Source: Escherichia phage vB_EcoM-813R1
Length of the DNA stretch: 64,000 nucleotides
Direction: 5' to 3' (one strand)
Sequence record: ON470617.2
Part shown: positions 26,370 to 37,492 of the stretch, in pieces
How positions within the stretch are numbered: position 1 is the stretch's first letter
Layout of the letters: each line of letters begins with the position of its first letter
Position numbers and translations under genes: made by a program
The notes under the pieces: model-generated
What the model was told of the DNA's origin: nothing
Databases searched by the model: none
The model's input: the letters and a program-made list of their open reading frames with translations, nothing else

Positions 26370-26787
26370 TTAACACTCAGATAATGGTTTTAAGTAAAGT
26401 GTACAGGATCGGCTCTGCCTTTACCTGTTTATGGTTCTCGTCATAGAAACGCCAGCGACCGCGCGTGCGTTCTATTTTCTCTTCACCGCGCGATAATGAC
26501 AGTTGACAACTATCACGATCAAACCCTTTTGCCCGCCAGTAACCACGGTTTTTCTCAAGCTCAAGATGAGTGGACACTTTAGCAACTGAATATCCCATTT
26601 TTCACCTCTGATTGATTGGTGGTGCTAAGTGCGCTACGCGAAATCTGGAGCACTAACACTGCCAACTTTTCACAGATTTTACGTAGCGCAACCTTGATCA
26701 AATGATCAAGTGATCACTATTTGACCTGATAAGGTATTGAACTGTATGGATTTACAGGTAAATTGATCATGTTCAATAACCCTTAAG

Positions 26788-26821
26788 ATAACTTCGTATA
26801 ATGTATGCTATACGAAGTTAT
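26788..26821. other. loxP: loxP recombination site
   Basis: Exact 34-bp ATAACTTCGTATA-ATGTATGC-TATACGAAGTTAT, about 420 bp upstream of cre. Confidence 0.95.
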
Positions 26822-26866
26822 TAGGCCCGAAGAGGAGTTTACGTCCAGCTGCGCATAAAAATCAAG

Positions 26867-26881
26867 AATTATTAGAGCAAT
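26867..26881. promoter_or_regulatory. C1 operator (immC region)
   Basis: AATTATTAGAGCAAT. Confidence 0.6.
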
Positions 26882-26941
26882 AAATTTTGAGAGAAAAATC
26901 CCACTCCACCAGCCAAAAACTGGATTGTTTTTCATAGTTGT

Positions 26942-26963
26942 TTGACAATTGCTCTAATAAATT
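26942..26963. promoter_or_regulatory. Promoter -35 TTGACA overlapping a near-consensus C1 operator upstream of coi-c1
   Basis: TTGACAATTGCTCTAATAAATT; operator ATTGCTCTAATAAATT at 26948-26963. Confidence 0.7.
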
Positions 26964-27202
26964 ATAGTTTTGCCGCCGTTTCGTAATACGACTTTGGATT
27001 CACTATTTAATGTGTCTTCAGCGTTGTAGAGCGGCTCAGAAGGAAATGAGCAAACAGGGAAACCTTATACAACGGCATTACAGCTATGCATTGCTCATCT
27101 TACACACAGCGCAATGTTGTTAGATTACCCCAGCATGGATCATGGGTGAAACAGTAGGTCAGAGCTTCAGGCTCTGTGTTGTCAATACAGTGAGGCATAA
27201 TT

Positions 27203-27412
27203 ATGGCTTTCATTCCACCAACCATCGACGACGTTAGACATTGCTCTAACGCTTTATCTGTAGACCCTGCCGAAACCGACGCTGCCCGCGCCATTGCTGA
27301 ACACTACTCAAAGATATCCAATCAGGAGTACCGCATCACCCAAGACGACCTGGATGATCTCACTGACACAATCGAATATCTCATGGCCACTAACCAGCCA
27401 GACTCACAATAA
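27203..27412 (+). CDS. coi: Coi (C1 inactivator)
   Basis: 69-aa ORF MAFIPPTIDDVRHCSNALS... directly upstream of c1, same strand. Confidence 0.8.
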   Translation: MAFIPPTIDDVRHCSNALSVDPAETDAARAIAEHYSKISNQEYRITQDDLDDLTDTIEYLMATNQPDSQ

Positions 27413-27522
27413 ATGCACTAATAAATCTATTATTTTCGTTGGATCCTTCTATAATGGTGGCCAACAACTCCCAGTGTAATCCGCTGTGAGTTGTTGGCCA
27501 TGTCAATTCTGGAGGAGGATCA

Positions 27523-28346
27523 ATGATAAATTATGTCTACGGCGAACAACTGTACCAGGAGTTCGTCAGCTTCAGGGATCTCTTTCTAAAAAAGCTGTTG
27601 CACGCGCCCAACACGTTGATGCCGCCAGCGACGGTCGTCCTGTACGCCCGGTTGTCGTTCTACCGTTCAAAGAAACGGACAGCATTCAGGCTGAAATTGA
27701 TAAATGGACTTTAATGGCGCGGGAACTGGAACAGTACCCAGACCTCAATATCCCAAAGACTATTTTATATCCTGTGCCTAACATCCTTCGCGGTGTGCGT
27801 AAGGTTACGACTTATCAGACAGAAGCTGTGAACAGCGTCAACATGACCGCTGGCCGCATTATTCATCTGATTGATAAGGACATTCGCATCCAGAAAAGCG
27901 CGGGGATCAATGAGCACAGTGCGAAATACATAGAGAACCTGGAAGCAACAAAAGAGCTAATGAAGCAGTACCCGGAGGATGAAAAATTCCGTATGCGTGT
28001 ACACGGCTTTAGCGAAACAATGCTGCGCGTCCACTACATTTCCAGTAGCCCTAACTACAATGATGGTAAATCAGTTAGTTACCATGTGCCGCTGTGTGGT
28101 GTGTTTATCTGCGATGAAACTCTCCGTGATGGAATCATCATCAACGGTGAATTCGAGAAAGCAAAATTTAGCCTTTATGACTCTATAGAACCGATCATCT
28201 GCGACCGCTGGCCGCAGGCAAAAATATATCGCCTGGCAGATATTGAAAATGTAAAAAACAAATTGCCATCACTCGCGAAGAGAAAAAGGTCAAATCAGCC
28301 GCATCAGTTACGCGCAGCCGTAAAACTAAGAAGGGGCAGCCAGTAA
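27523..28346 (+). CDS. c1: C1 immunity repressor, apparent frameshift in an A6 run
   Basis: ATG 27523 with RBS GGAGGAGG gives MINYVYGEQLYQEFVSFRDLFLKK, then the frame shifts at A-run 27588-27593; the other frame continues AVARAQHVDAASDGRPVRPVVVLPF... to 28346. Confidence 0.85.
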
Positions 28347-28396
28347 ACGACAACCCCGAAAGCGCGCAATAGTTTCTATCCGGCATGGTCAATGAG

Positions 28397-29881
28397 TTAT
28401 TCATTAAGCCATGCCAGAGCTTCATCAACCTGCGCTTCGTCTTCGACGCTAAGCACTTCATCCTGGGGAACATAATCAGCCAGCATAGCGAAACAATATG
28501 TATCCCAATGGTCTGGTGAGTGCAGGTTGAGTTTTTTCTTCATATCCTCCTTACTCATCACCTTCCATTGACCTGCGGAGTTAATCCCTACAGGGATTTT
28601 CGACGCTTCCTCAATAGTTTCATTACCCTTATCCAGTCTCATACGACCAGATTTTACGGCCTCTGCGGCTTGAACGTTGGCATAAGCACGTTTATCAAAG
28701 TACAGGCTCTTATCTTCACGGCTATGCATCTTTTTACCCCAGCGTATACGCTGTACGGTAATACCATAATACTCGTACATCAGATCCGCCGTTGCTTTAC
28801 CCAGGCCATCGCCGTCTATCGCTATGGTGATATTTGGGAATCGCTCAGGATTACATTCTGCGAAAATTTTGGCGGCAAGCTGCGTTTCTGTAACGTCTGT
28901 GTATTCCAGCATTCGATAGTTGATTACACGGCGTTTATTTCGCTGGCCGGACACCATCATGATATTGATAACGGACTTATCCCGTCCCGTACCACCAGCA
29001 ACGTCCACACATGCAAGCCAGCCCCATCCTTTTGCAATCTTGACTTTCCGCCGCGTTGCACGTTCAACCTCATCACGTCCAAGAAGGAAGCCATCCTGTG
29101 ATTTAGGGAATAGGCCGCGTACCTTAATCATGTACATAGGGTTATCACGCCCGCCGTACTCCGCCAGCTTCATTTTGATAAATGCTGGCGTTACCAACGG
29201 TGATTCCTCACTGTTAAGCGTGATCGCCGTATAAACGCCATCAGGGTTACCAGGACGCTTGGCCAGTTTATGGTGTGTATCGTAGAAATAGCCGCTTGGG
29301 CGTGTAGGCTGTGACAGCAATAAGATGCGGTTATCCTGTCCGGTAAGAGCACCGGTGATGATACCGAAAGCTCTATCACTGACACCGGAGGCTTCATCGA
29401 TAATATACAGAAGATGATCTGCGTGTTCACCGGCGAGAGCTTCTTCACTTCCCAGACGAAAGCCCTTCGGTACTACAGTCCATACACCTTTACCAGTAAT
29501 CTCATAGAAAGCGGTTTCTGTCAGAACAAAATAATCAGCAAGCCATGGGAAACGGCTGGTGGCAGTAGCCCAGTTTATCTTGATGTACTTGAATATACCG
29601 GTCATTACCTGCTGAATTTTGTTCGCAACGATAATGGCACGGGCACCTGGATACATGATTATGAACAACATGATCATGATAGAAGTCATGTCTGATTTCC
29701 CGGTACCGTGACCAGACGAAACAGATGTCTTGCTACCCTGTTCCTGCACAGACTCAATAATCAGATCCTGCTGCCAGGTAGGTGTTTTGCCGAACAAAAC
29801 ATCAGCGGCCGCAATCCAGTCATAACGATATAGCGCCACCAGCTCGCGCCAACGTGGATCCGTTACGCAACTTCTGGCCAT
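28397..29881 (-). CDS. pacB: Terminase large subunit PacB
   Basis: 494 aa; Walker [13 protein letters not shown], Walker [12 protein letters not shown]-terminal nuclease-like domain; immediately downstream of pacA. Confidence 0.85.
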   Translation of the reverse strand: MARSCVTDPRWRELVALYRYDWIAAADVLFGKTPTWQQDLIIESVQEQGSKTSVSSGHGTGKSDMTSIMIMLFIIMYPGARAIIVANKIQQVMTGIFKYIKINWATATSRFPWLADYFVLTETAFYEITGKGVWTVVPKGFRLGSEEALAGEHADHLLYIIDEASGVSDRAFGIITGALTGQDNRILLLSQPTRPSGYFYDTHHKLAKRPGNPDGVYTAITLNSEESPLVTPAFIKMKLAEYGGRDNPMYMIKVRGLFPKSQDGFLLGRDEVERATRRKVKIAKGWGWLACVDVAGGTGRDKSVINIMMVSGQRNKRRVINYRMLEYTDVTETQLAAKIFAECNPERFPNITIAIDGDGLGKATADLMYEYYGITVQRIRWGKKMHSREDKSLYFDKRAYANVQAAEAVKSGRMRLDKGNETIEEASKIPVGINSAGQWKVMSKEDMKKKLNLHSPDHWDTYCFAMLADYVPQDEVLSVEDEAQVDEALAWLNE

Positions 29882-31072
29882 TAATCATCATCCCCGTATA
29901 GCTTGCGGGTAACTTCTTCGTCTTCCTCCTCGTCTTCGTCCGGTCTTGTTCCAGCCATGGGTCGTTTGATACACCTTCAGTATCAACATCTCCATAACCG
30001 CCTGTATCAACGATATCGGCGATTTCTTCCCTACGCTGCTCAATCCACAATGCGGCATCGGCGCGGCGGTTGGCGGCCCGTTCTCGCGCAACTTTGTCCA
30101 GATCTTCAAGAGAAGGGCCACCGACGGCTGTTTGCCTTTCCTCATCATCGGTATTGGTCTTAGGAGCACGCAGATCGGCTTTGATTTGCTCCAGCATCAG
30201 GGGCGGCACTTTCCCGCCATGCGCCTCGATGAATTCAGCTGCTTCCAGCACTGACCAGTTATTTTCACGCTTTCGTTCGTATGCCAGCTTAACAATGCCA
30301 GCTTGCCCCATAGACAAAGCGTGCTTTTCCGCCTCCCGGCTTTCTTTTCGATAGTTATTCCGGATGCTGTAAATGGTGTTGATCAGGCTGCTTATCTGCG
30401 CGGAACAGCTGTTTAGCATGCTCGCGATACGGTATTCAGGCGGAGTACCTTCATCATCGTCTTTTTGCTGATCGCGCATTTCCTGCACCAGGCGAATACA
30501 CGTATCCTGGCGTTCTCCAGCATAAGGAGATGAGAAAGAGACTTTTCCAGAAGAGTGGTTTCCAGAACATCGGCCCCGGACCGACGCAACATAGCGCGCG
30601 CGGCCTTCCGCGCTTCAACGTTATCTATCAGGTAATCGCCAGCTTCGAATTCAAAGCGTTCACCATCATCATCCAGGGTGTCGCGTTCCAGGCGATCACG
30701 TAAGGTCCGGTGGGCGCGGGTGATCACGTCATGATCATCAGAACGATCATTTATGCGCTTATTCTGGCGCTTCGCGTTCTCGACTGCGGCACTGACAACA
30801 GCATTAACTCTTTGTTTTTCAGCCATTTCAGCCACAATGTGATCACCTGCACGTTGATCATTAGCGTGATCAATGATCATGCTTTTTAGTGGTTTTCTGA
30901 CAGGCTTATTTGGCTTACGGCTGTCCGCTGTTCCGGTGTCTTCTTTGAATGCACGGAGATAACGACGTGCGGTGTTTGGGTTGAGATTAAACTCGGCGGC
31001 ATATTGTGCGATGGTGTAACCACCATCTCGCGCCAGGCGAGCAAAATTCTTCTTGTGATCGTCCCAGGTCAC
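29820..31072 (-). CDS. pacA: Terminase small subunit PacA, apparent frameshift between two ORFs
   Basis: ORFs 30413..31072 ([28 protein letters not shown]..., HTH-like N-terminus) and 29820..30488 overlap in different frames; contains the pac hexamer cluster. Confidence 0.75.
30701..30880. other. pac: pac packaging site: two clusters of TGATCA(N) hexamers with Dam GATC sites inside pacA
   Basis: GATCAC, TGATCAC, TGATCAT, CGATCAT at 30701-30751 and TGATCAC, TGATCAT, TGATCAA, TGATCAT at 30839-30880. Confidence 0.7.
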
Positions 31073-31158
31073 TTATGCTTCCTTTCGTATAAAACTCTTT
31101 TTGACGCGAGGGTAACGAAAGTCACATGTCAAAAGGCCCGGAACGGGCAAGCAATCAA

Positions 31159-31611
31159 TCAGATACGTGCGGATGTGGCATTACCGTAATGACGGTGCTG
31201 ACGGACCACCTTATTGAAAAGTTGACGCGCCATCACCCAAGGCTGGTGCTCCCGGCGTTCCTTTTCGTCCTGCGTCATATAGAGTTCGTTCTGGAGTTTT
31301 TCATCAAACCGGCGCGGAGCGCGGCTGCGGCGAAAGAATTCAGGATTCAGAGAGTGGATCTGAAATCTACGTGGGCGTGTACTGTCATCAATCAAAACAG
31401 ACGAATACTTAGACACAGCGATAGCCTTTAAGCGCAGATAAACATCGCGCTTATCGACATCCAGATGCGGGTATTCCTTTTCAAGAATTGCTGCGAGATC
31501 TTTCGCTGATAGAAGAGATTTAGTGCGGATCATGTAATCCGCAATCTCGTACGATGTTATTCGTGAGTGATTTATTTCCATGAAGTGGCGTCCCTGCCAG
31601 TTAAGTAACAT
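31159..31611 (-). CDS. lpa: Late promoter activator Lpa (gene 10)-like protein
   Basis: 150-aa ORF upstream of pacA with C1 operator immediately upstream; size and position as P1 lpa. Confidence 0.65.
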   Translation of the reverse strand: MLLNWQGRHFMEINHSRITSYEIADYMIRTKSLLSAKDLAAILEKEYPHLDVDKRDVYLRLKAIAVSKYSSVLIDDSTRPRRFQIHSLNPEFFRRSRAPRRFDEKLQNELYMTQDEKERREHQPWVMARQLFNKVVRQHRHYGNATSARI

Positions 31612-31682
31612 CCTGTCACCTACTGATTAGCCCATGTCAACTAATCAACGTCGAATATAATACCCTCGATTAAAGAAATAGC

Positions 31683-31698
31683 AATACATTAGAGCAAT
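31683..31698. promoter_or_regulatory. C1 operator upstream of lpa (with weaker copy at 31673-31686)
   Basis: AATACATTAGAGCAAT. Confidence 0.6.
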
Positions 31699-31699
31699 T

Positions 31700-32742
31700 T
31701 TATCTAACGCTCGACGAATGACTTGTGATAGCGCCGACTCCAAGCGCGTAATCAAAGAACAATCGTTGATGCATCGCCAGCCTACCGTGCGTCTTCTCCC
31801 AATTATCGCGGTCACGCTCAATATCACGCTGGCATGACTGGCACAGAGGAACAGCATAAATGTCATGCGCGCATAATCGACTATGACGAACGATATAAGG
31901 CGTAATGTGAGCGCCAGCTCCCGCAGCTCCACAGCCACAGCATGGACGGGAAGCCACAAAATCCATGTACTCGGGCAATTTTAGCGATTGAAGTTTTGGT
32001 ATTTTGAAATGCGCCATGCCAGGGTCGGCGTCAACATCCACAGGGCATACTTTTGCACGCATCGGCGCGGCGCGTTCTTCCATCATCTGAACATATGCTG
32101 TAGCGCGATCGTCATACGGGCGAATATCCGCCTCTTTCAGAGGTCCGCTATCCTGCGGAGTAGCCTTCATCTTATTTATTGATATGCGGCAGACTTCTTC
32201 CGGCATCAGGTGCATCATGTTGCGCATGAAAGCCCACCAGCACAGCTCCTGAATACTTAAATCATGGCTATTTGAAAGGCCCATTTCCTGACGGGCGACA
32301 TCCAGTATCCAGTTAACGCGATTATTGTGCAGCGTTTCTTTCAGCTCATTAAAACCACGCATCCGGTAATGGTTATCGTGATGCCAGCACAACAACACCG
32401 CGCTATTGTCTCGTTCAGCGTGGACAATATGGTTGTCACACCAACTACGATCTGCGGCCTGGCATTGACCCTCTTTCCTACGCAACCACGCCACCAGCGC
32501 GTCAATTCCACCAATACGGCGAAACAGTTCATCGCTGTTAAAAACGGCTGCAACGCCTCATTTGTTGCCATGGTTTGCTCGGTAACAACGAGGCCGTCTT
32601 CCATGTGCTCGATTAACTCACGCGGCACCGGCTCCATAATAAATTTACGGCCAGCCTCCACCAGCTTTCTGACCTCCTGATCCACTTTGAACGTGGCGAG
32701 GCCAAGCTCTTTCTGTACAAAGGGAGTAATTACGGCTTTCAC
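31700..32742 (-). CDS. Cys-rich hypothetical protein (~390 aa; P1 pdcB position), apparent frameshift
   Basis: ORFs 32341..32742 and 31700..32494 overlap in different frames; CxxC-rich C-terminal part (PCCGCGAAG..., LCQSCQ). Confidence 0.5.
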
Positions 32743-32769
32743 ATCACACCTTTAATCACTGATTGGGCT

Positions 32770-32970
32770 TTATCTGCTGCCCGGCATTCTCTGTTTAAGC
32801 ACAACCATTTCCTGACGGCATAACACAGCAATAGCGGTCCTGACTCCAATTTGCTTACCAACCAGGTATTGCTTTACCTTGCGGCGACTCGCGCCATCAA
32901 GAAGCATCTTTAACGCTTCACGGGACAATTTGTTGTATTTGCGTGCCATTAATCTACTCCGCAGAACCAT
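32770..32970 (-). CDS. Small basic protein (66 aa; P1 pdcA position)
   Basis: ORF immediately downstream of doc on the same strand. Confidence 0.4.
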
Positions 32971-33334
32971 ACAATCTACGTAACGTGTCGGCGACAGAAG
33001 ATACAGATATCTCGCCAGTCGCAGCGCCTACAGTAAGGTCTGCCAGTTCAGGTGAATCAAATACCTGCACCCCGTTACGGCGTAGAAATAGCAGCGCACT
33101 GTTTAGCGCGGTACGCTTATTGGCATCATTGAATATATGCCCTCTCGCTGTAGCCACCAGGTAGGTGGCGGAGACTTCGAAAAGGTCGGTGATCTCTTCG
33201 TAGGCAACTCTGGCCTGAACTCTCCCGATAATGGCCTCTGCCCTACCCGGATCAGACATTCCCGGCAGGCCGCCGTAGCGGCTTATATTCGCATCATGAA
33301 GCGCAATAAGTTCTTCCGGTGATATATGCCTCAT
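32954..33334 (-). CDS. doc: Doc toxin (death on curing, Fic-fold kinase)
   Basis: 126 aa [25 protein letters not shown]...; overlaps phd stop. Confidence 0.9.
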
Positions 33335-33561
33335 TATCGGTTAACCAGTTCCTTGTTGGTGGAGTCCAGGGTGTCAAACAGGGATGCAAATTCAGCATCC
33401 AGCGCCGCTTTTTTGTAGGCTTCGAAAGTAGCCTTGCTGACAATTACTGCTGGCTCACGGCCTCTGCGGGTGATTTCAACCTCTTCCCCGGCTTCAACAT
33501 TGTTGAGCACTTCAGAAAGGTTGCCACGCGCGGTACGGAAGTTAATGGATTGCATAAACAC
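33334..33561 (-). CDS. phd: Phd antitoxin (prevents host death)
   Basis: 75 aa [41 protein letters not shown]...; directly upstream of doc. Confidence 0.9.
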
Positions 33562-33627
33562 CTCGTGTACTCGTTATGTGTACACAATTATAAACTTCAC
33601 AGGCATAAAGCACCAGCACTTTGCAGC

Positions 33628-34017
33628 TTAAATAACCGGACAATCATCAAATTCCCCACTTCGGGCATCATTGATGACATGAGTGATCACACCAAAAACA
33701 GCATTACTGCCCGTGTATCCATCGTCATCTACTGGTAACGCCTCTTTCTTCCCGGTGCTTAAATCCTCCAGGTGCTGGCGCGGATACTTCCTGTATCTCT
33801 TTATGCGATATTCACCCTCCATAGCGCACACAAGCAGAGAACCATCAACCGGAGTAAGCGAGGAATCAACCACCAGCAAAGCACCCTGCAATATTCCCTC
33901 ACGGTGATGGCTATCAGCTGCCCGCATGAAGTAGGTCGCTGAAGGATGTCTAATTATCTGCTGATCAAGAGAAATTCGGCTTTCAACATAATCCGCCGCA
34001 GGAGAAGGGAAGCCCAT
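33628..34017 (-). CDS. humD: HumD (UmuD-like SOS mutagenesis protein)
   Basis: 129 aa with the UmuD/LexA peptidase S24 fold pattern; LexA box just upstream. Confidence 0.85.
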   Translation of the reverse strand: MGFPSPAADYVESRISLDQQIIRHPSATYFMRAADSHHREGILQGALLVVDSSLTPVDGSLLVCAMEGEYRIKRYRKYPRQHLEDLSTGKKEALPVDDDGYTGSNAVFGVITHVINDARSGEFDDCPVI

Positions 34018-34035
34018 AGCGTTTTACCTCAATGA

Positions 34036-34055
34036 TACTGTTTATTCATACAGTA
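34036..34055. promoter_or_regulatory. LexA (SOS) box upstream of humD
   Basis: TACTGTTTATTCATACAGTA = CTGT-N8-ACAG palindrome, 19-38 bp upstream of the humD start. Confidence 0.75.
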
Positions 34056-34112
34056 TACATTGAAAAGGCATAGTTTGTGAAAGCGGGGTTTGTAGGCGCG
34101 CCACGCTGGGGG

Positions 34113-34412
34113 CTAATCACATTTCTCCCCCATCTTGCCGTTATTTTTTGGTGCATCCTCGTTCTGATACACCGGATCGCTCCCTTTTGGCAACTGGAGG
34201 CTTAACTGCCGATAGTGCCGTAACCGTTCCATGAAATAGGTGCGCAGATTCTCTGGTTGCTCGCGGGCTACCTGTTCAGCTATGACAGGTATGTTCAATC
34301 GCTCTTTGTACGCCACACCGCTGGCAGCCAGATCAACGTTAACCTTATCCCGTTCTTCCTGACTTTTAGCTGCAATATTCCAATCGTGCATATCAAATCC
34401 CATCCAGAACAA
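34113..34412 (-). CDS. hot: Hot (homolog of DNA polymerase III theta subunit)
   Basis: [36 protein letters not shown] matches the HolE/theta core. Confidence 0.7.
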   Translation of the reverse strand: MFWMGFDMHDWNIAAKSQEERDKVNVDLAASGVAYKERLNIPVIAEQVAREQPENLRTYFMERLRHYRQLSLQLPKGSDPVYQNEDAPKNNGKMGEKCD

Positions 34413-35051
34413 TTGCGTAACGACTATTATTTAACCAGCAAAGTAACTTTTAATTTTTTTTCTTTTCCCATTGATTTTTGTGCACAGCTTATCTGCCTTG
34501 CCGTGCGCAGAATCAACTTTTTTCTTCCTGATTTATCCACAAAGTTATGCACTTGCAAGAGGGCCATTTTCTAAATATTGTGATGTTTCACAAATGAAAT
34601 GAATTTTGATTAATGAAGATAAGGAGAAAATTTGAGATGCAATCATGACGTTAATAGATAGGGTCTGCATTACAGACCCCATCCGCATCAAGGAATTAGC
34701 CGTTCCCTGATGTTGTTCCGAAAACATGTGCCGTAAGCTCACGTTAACGACTTTCTTTCACCGAATCCAACTATATAGGGGTTGGGTTTCTACGTCAACG
34801 TGAGCAAGTGCTCCTTTACATTTGACAAGGAACCACCTTAATGACTGCTTTTTTCAGTTCCTGAGTGCATTTTTAGATGCGCCTGTTATTAGCCAGATTC
34901 TGGCGATCATCCTCATCATCGTTTTGATTTTGCTTTTAAGGTCAGTAAAAAATGGAATTATGCACTGGCTTACTTAATGTTCAGTGAAACATTAAAATCT
35001 CCTTGATGTGGAAACAATCATTTTCTGTATGTGCTGGTGGGTACCTGTAGT

Positions 35052-35414
35052 TCAGCTTTCGTTGGCATTTAACTTCGTCTTTGCTTTCTCCACCAGCAAC
35101 TTCCAGATGCCTATTTCATTAGCAGCCGCCTTGATGGCGGCATAAAAAGCATCTTGCTGATCGTAACGCTGAATCTGTTTTTTCAGTTTTGCCTCCACCA
35201 ATTTAATTTCATTACGTGCTTTCTGAAGCCGCAGCGCCGCCCGGTTACGTCTGTTCTTGTATAGCGCGTTAATCTCTGATAATTGCTTTAATTTACCAGC
35301 CTGACTGCGGATTATCGCCTCTCTGACTTCTGCCGTGCGTCTCATCTGATCTCTTAAGAGTTCACCGTTTTCGATAATTCTTTCAAGGTGTTTGATGTGA
35401 TCTGCAACTCTCAT
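35052..35414 (-). CDS. Hypothetical coiled-coil protein (120 aa)
   Basis: ORF, heptad-rich; first gene of a long minus-strand accessory block. Confidence 0.4.
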   Translation of the reverse strand: MRVADHIKHLERIIENGELLRDQMRRTAEVREAIIRSQAGKLKQLSEINALYKNRRNRAALRLQKARNEIKLVEAKLKKQIQRYDQQDAFYAAIKAAANEIGIWKLLVEKAKTKLNANES

Positions 35415-36190
35415 ACTTCACCCTCGCTTGTATCGCCAGCATCCACCAGCGGCAATAAAGCCCTGGCCATCTTATGAACCAATAGTGCATCAATAATGCC
35501 AAGCGTATGCCCCGGCTTAATGTTTAATGCCGCCTCAAGGTGACACCTTTCCAGGCCACTTTTCTCGGCTTGTTTATGATGATCTGGTGTAATAACGTCG
35601 CCCAAAACACGGCTAATTCTTTCTCGTAATTGCTGGGTGCCAGCACACTTGATCGCTGTATCGTGGAGACGGTTAACCAGTTCGCGATAAACATGCGGCT
35701 TAATTCGGATACGTTCACCGGTGACGCCCTTTCCTGGTGCTGGCACCGAACTATCCGGAATATCCGGATAGTTGCCAGCCTCGTAAGCTACCCGCAGCCA
35801 GTGCATGAATGTTTCAGTGGACACACAACCACAGTCCACATCGATTTTCCCGCGTTGCTGTTCCAGCCATTGCCCAAAATCCAACCTGTAAGTCTTACTT
35901 TCAAGTTCATCACCATTGAACTCGACTTTCTGCGACGCTATGAGAGCTGATTCGTATTGTTCGCGAGTGACAACTGACTGGTATTCATCGCTATCAAGGT
36001 CACCAATTGGAAGCTCAATCTCACAACAAAAATTGCGCCCAAAGAAAGTGTCTTTTTTGTGGTCTGAGCCAAAAGCAAAAGTCGCGCATGGTGCCATTAA
36101 ATTGACACTGGGTAGGTAACAATAACTCATTCCATCAGGCCACCCGCCGCACTTAGGCAGTTCCTTCACTAACAAGTCGATAAACTTCAT
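35411..36190 (-). CDS. Hypothetical protein (259 aa), Cys-rich N-terminus
   Basis: ORF overlapping the downstream gene by 4 nt. Confidence 0.5.
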   Translation of the reverse strand: MKFIDLLVKELPKCGGWPDGMSYCYLPSVNLMAPCATFAFGSDHKKDTFFGRNFCCEIELPIGDLDSDEYQSVVTREQYESALIASQKVEFNGDELESKTYRLDFGQWLEQQRGKIDVDCGCVSTETFMHWLRVAYEAGNYPDIPDSSVPAPGKGVTGERIRIKPHVYRELVNRLHDTAIKCAGTQQLRERISRVLGDVITPDHHKQAEKSGLERCHLEAALNIKPGHTLGIIDALLVHKMARALLPLVDAGDTSEGEV

Positions 36191-36323
36191 TTTTTATCAT
36201 CTTTGCAAGCCGCCAAAGCCATTTGGGCAAGTGCCAATACTTCATCTGCCGTATATCCAGCACCGTGACCATACATTTCGATACGGGAAATAATCTCTGA
36301 TATACGCTCTTCAGTGATTCTGG

Positions 36324-36698
36324 TCATTTCTTTTTGCGCCATTTCTTTTCACATTCCTTAGTCCATTTTTCAATGTTCATTTTGGCAATATCAGTCATTC
36401 CATCACCTAAGAAATACTTTCTCCGGTACGTCTTGCACTTAAACCACACTACAACAGCCACCAGCCAGAAAATAAAAGGCCATACAGCAATACCAACTCC
36501 AGCCGCGATAAAGCCCAATAGCCATAAATGAAGCTCTCCAACTTCTGTTTGCGGCAATATTCTTAAAGAATTAAGCAGCAGACTGAAGGAATAGTCGTAT
36601 GCATTGGCGGTATAAGACATGCAATCCATATAATTAAAGTCATAGCCTGCGGCTGCCGCCCATAATGGGCGGTCAAGAAAATGTTTTAGTGTCATCAT
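36324..36698 (-). CDS. Hypothetical membrane protein (124 aa)
   Basis: Two hydrophobic segments (LWLLGFIAAGVGIAVWPFIFWLVAVVVWF), basic C-terminus. Confidence 0.45.
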   Translation of the reverse strand: MMTLKHFLDRPLWAAAAGYDFNYMDCMSYTANAYDYSFSLLLNSLRILPQTEVGELHLWLLGFIAAGVGIAVWPFIFWLVAVVVWFKCKTYRRKYFLGDGMTDIAKMNIEKWTKECEKKWRKKK

Positions 36699-36704
36699 AT
36701 AAAT

Positions 36705-37094
36705 TTAAGGTTCAGACCAGTTATCTTCAATAGCAATGCTTAATCTTTGTAGCCATTCTGCTAATTTCAGCATTGCTTCTCTTTCGCTTAAACCACGAGG
36801 AAAATCATCAAGCGAAATTGTTGGCTTGAAGCCCCCGTAATTATCTATTTCAACAGTCAGATTTTGCTCCAGCACGGTATTCCTTACGCGGCTATTGTGC
36901 CGAAGCAAATATACTGAACGTGATTTATTGGTTTTATGGTCAAACTGATATTCGGTAAGTATCATCTGGCTTTTGCCATGACTATTACCTCTCCACATAC
37001 TTACCTCACTTAATAAAACAACTCCATGCGTAGTTGATGATTTTTTCCCACGTAATATAAATCTGCACTCCGGCAGTAAAACCAAAGCCAACAA
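36705..37094 (-). CDS. Hypothetical protein (129 aa)
   Basis: ORF in operon-like array. Confidence 0.4.
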   Translation of the reverse strand: MLALVLLPECRFILRGKKSSTTHGVVLLSEVSMWRGNSHGKSQMILTEYQFDHKTNKSRSVYLLRHNSRVRNTVLEQNLTVEIDNYGGFKPTISLDDFPRGLSEREAMLKLAEWLQRLSIAIEDNWSEP

Positions 37095-37176
37095 TTGCTG
37101 AAAAAATCAAAACATTTACTTTTGACATTATAAATTTTCTCTCGGTGTCGTAGGTGATAGCACCATAATTGATAAT

Positions 37177-37428
37177 TTAGTGAGTTAGCAGTTCCATTTT
37201 TTGGATGATTTCCGCATGAGCATCATCGTTATCAACACTTAACTCGTTTAATGCCTCTCGCACTACATCAACTTCTTCTGGTTGGAAGAAGTCATCTCGG
37301 TAGTCACCAAATAGAACCGAAACAAGCCTGCCACCAGCAACATCAAGATTGGCGCTAACAGGTGGCTCTTTGCCATCCTCAAATTCGACTACAAAAGTTA
37401 TTTTTCCCATCGTTACCACCAGCGACAA
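37177..37428 (-). CDS. Hypothetical acidic protein (83 aa)
   Basis: ORF in operon-like array. Confidence 0.4.
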   Translation of the reverse strand: MSLVVTMGKITFVVEFEDGKEPPVSANLDVAGGRLVSVLFGDYRDDFFQPEEVDVVREALNELSVDNDDAHAEIIQKMELLTH

Positions 37429-37492
37429 ATTGAATACAAACCCAGTGCTGCCGCCATCACAATTCCTACCGTGGTGAATGCTTCAGGCCAGC

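Noticed and set aside
26377-26598. 73-aa ORF between cre and loxP
   Set aside because: Lies in the cre promoter/loxP regulatory interval; no RBS or recognisable protein features.
34545-34742. 65-aa ORF and hairpin (GGGTCTG-CATTA-CAGACCC, 34662-34680) in the AT-rich spacer downstream of hot
   Set aside because: ORF is low-complexity with no RBS; the hairpin lacks a following T-run on either strand, so neither a gene nor a terminator is supported.
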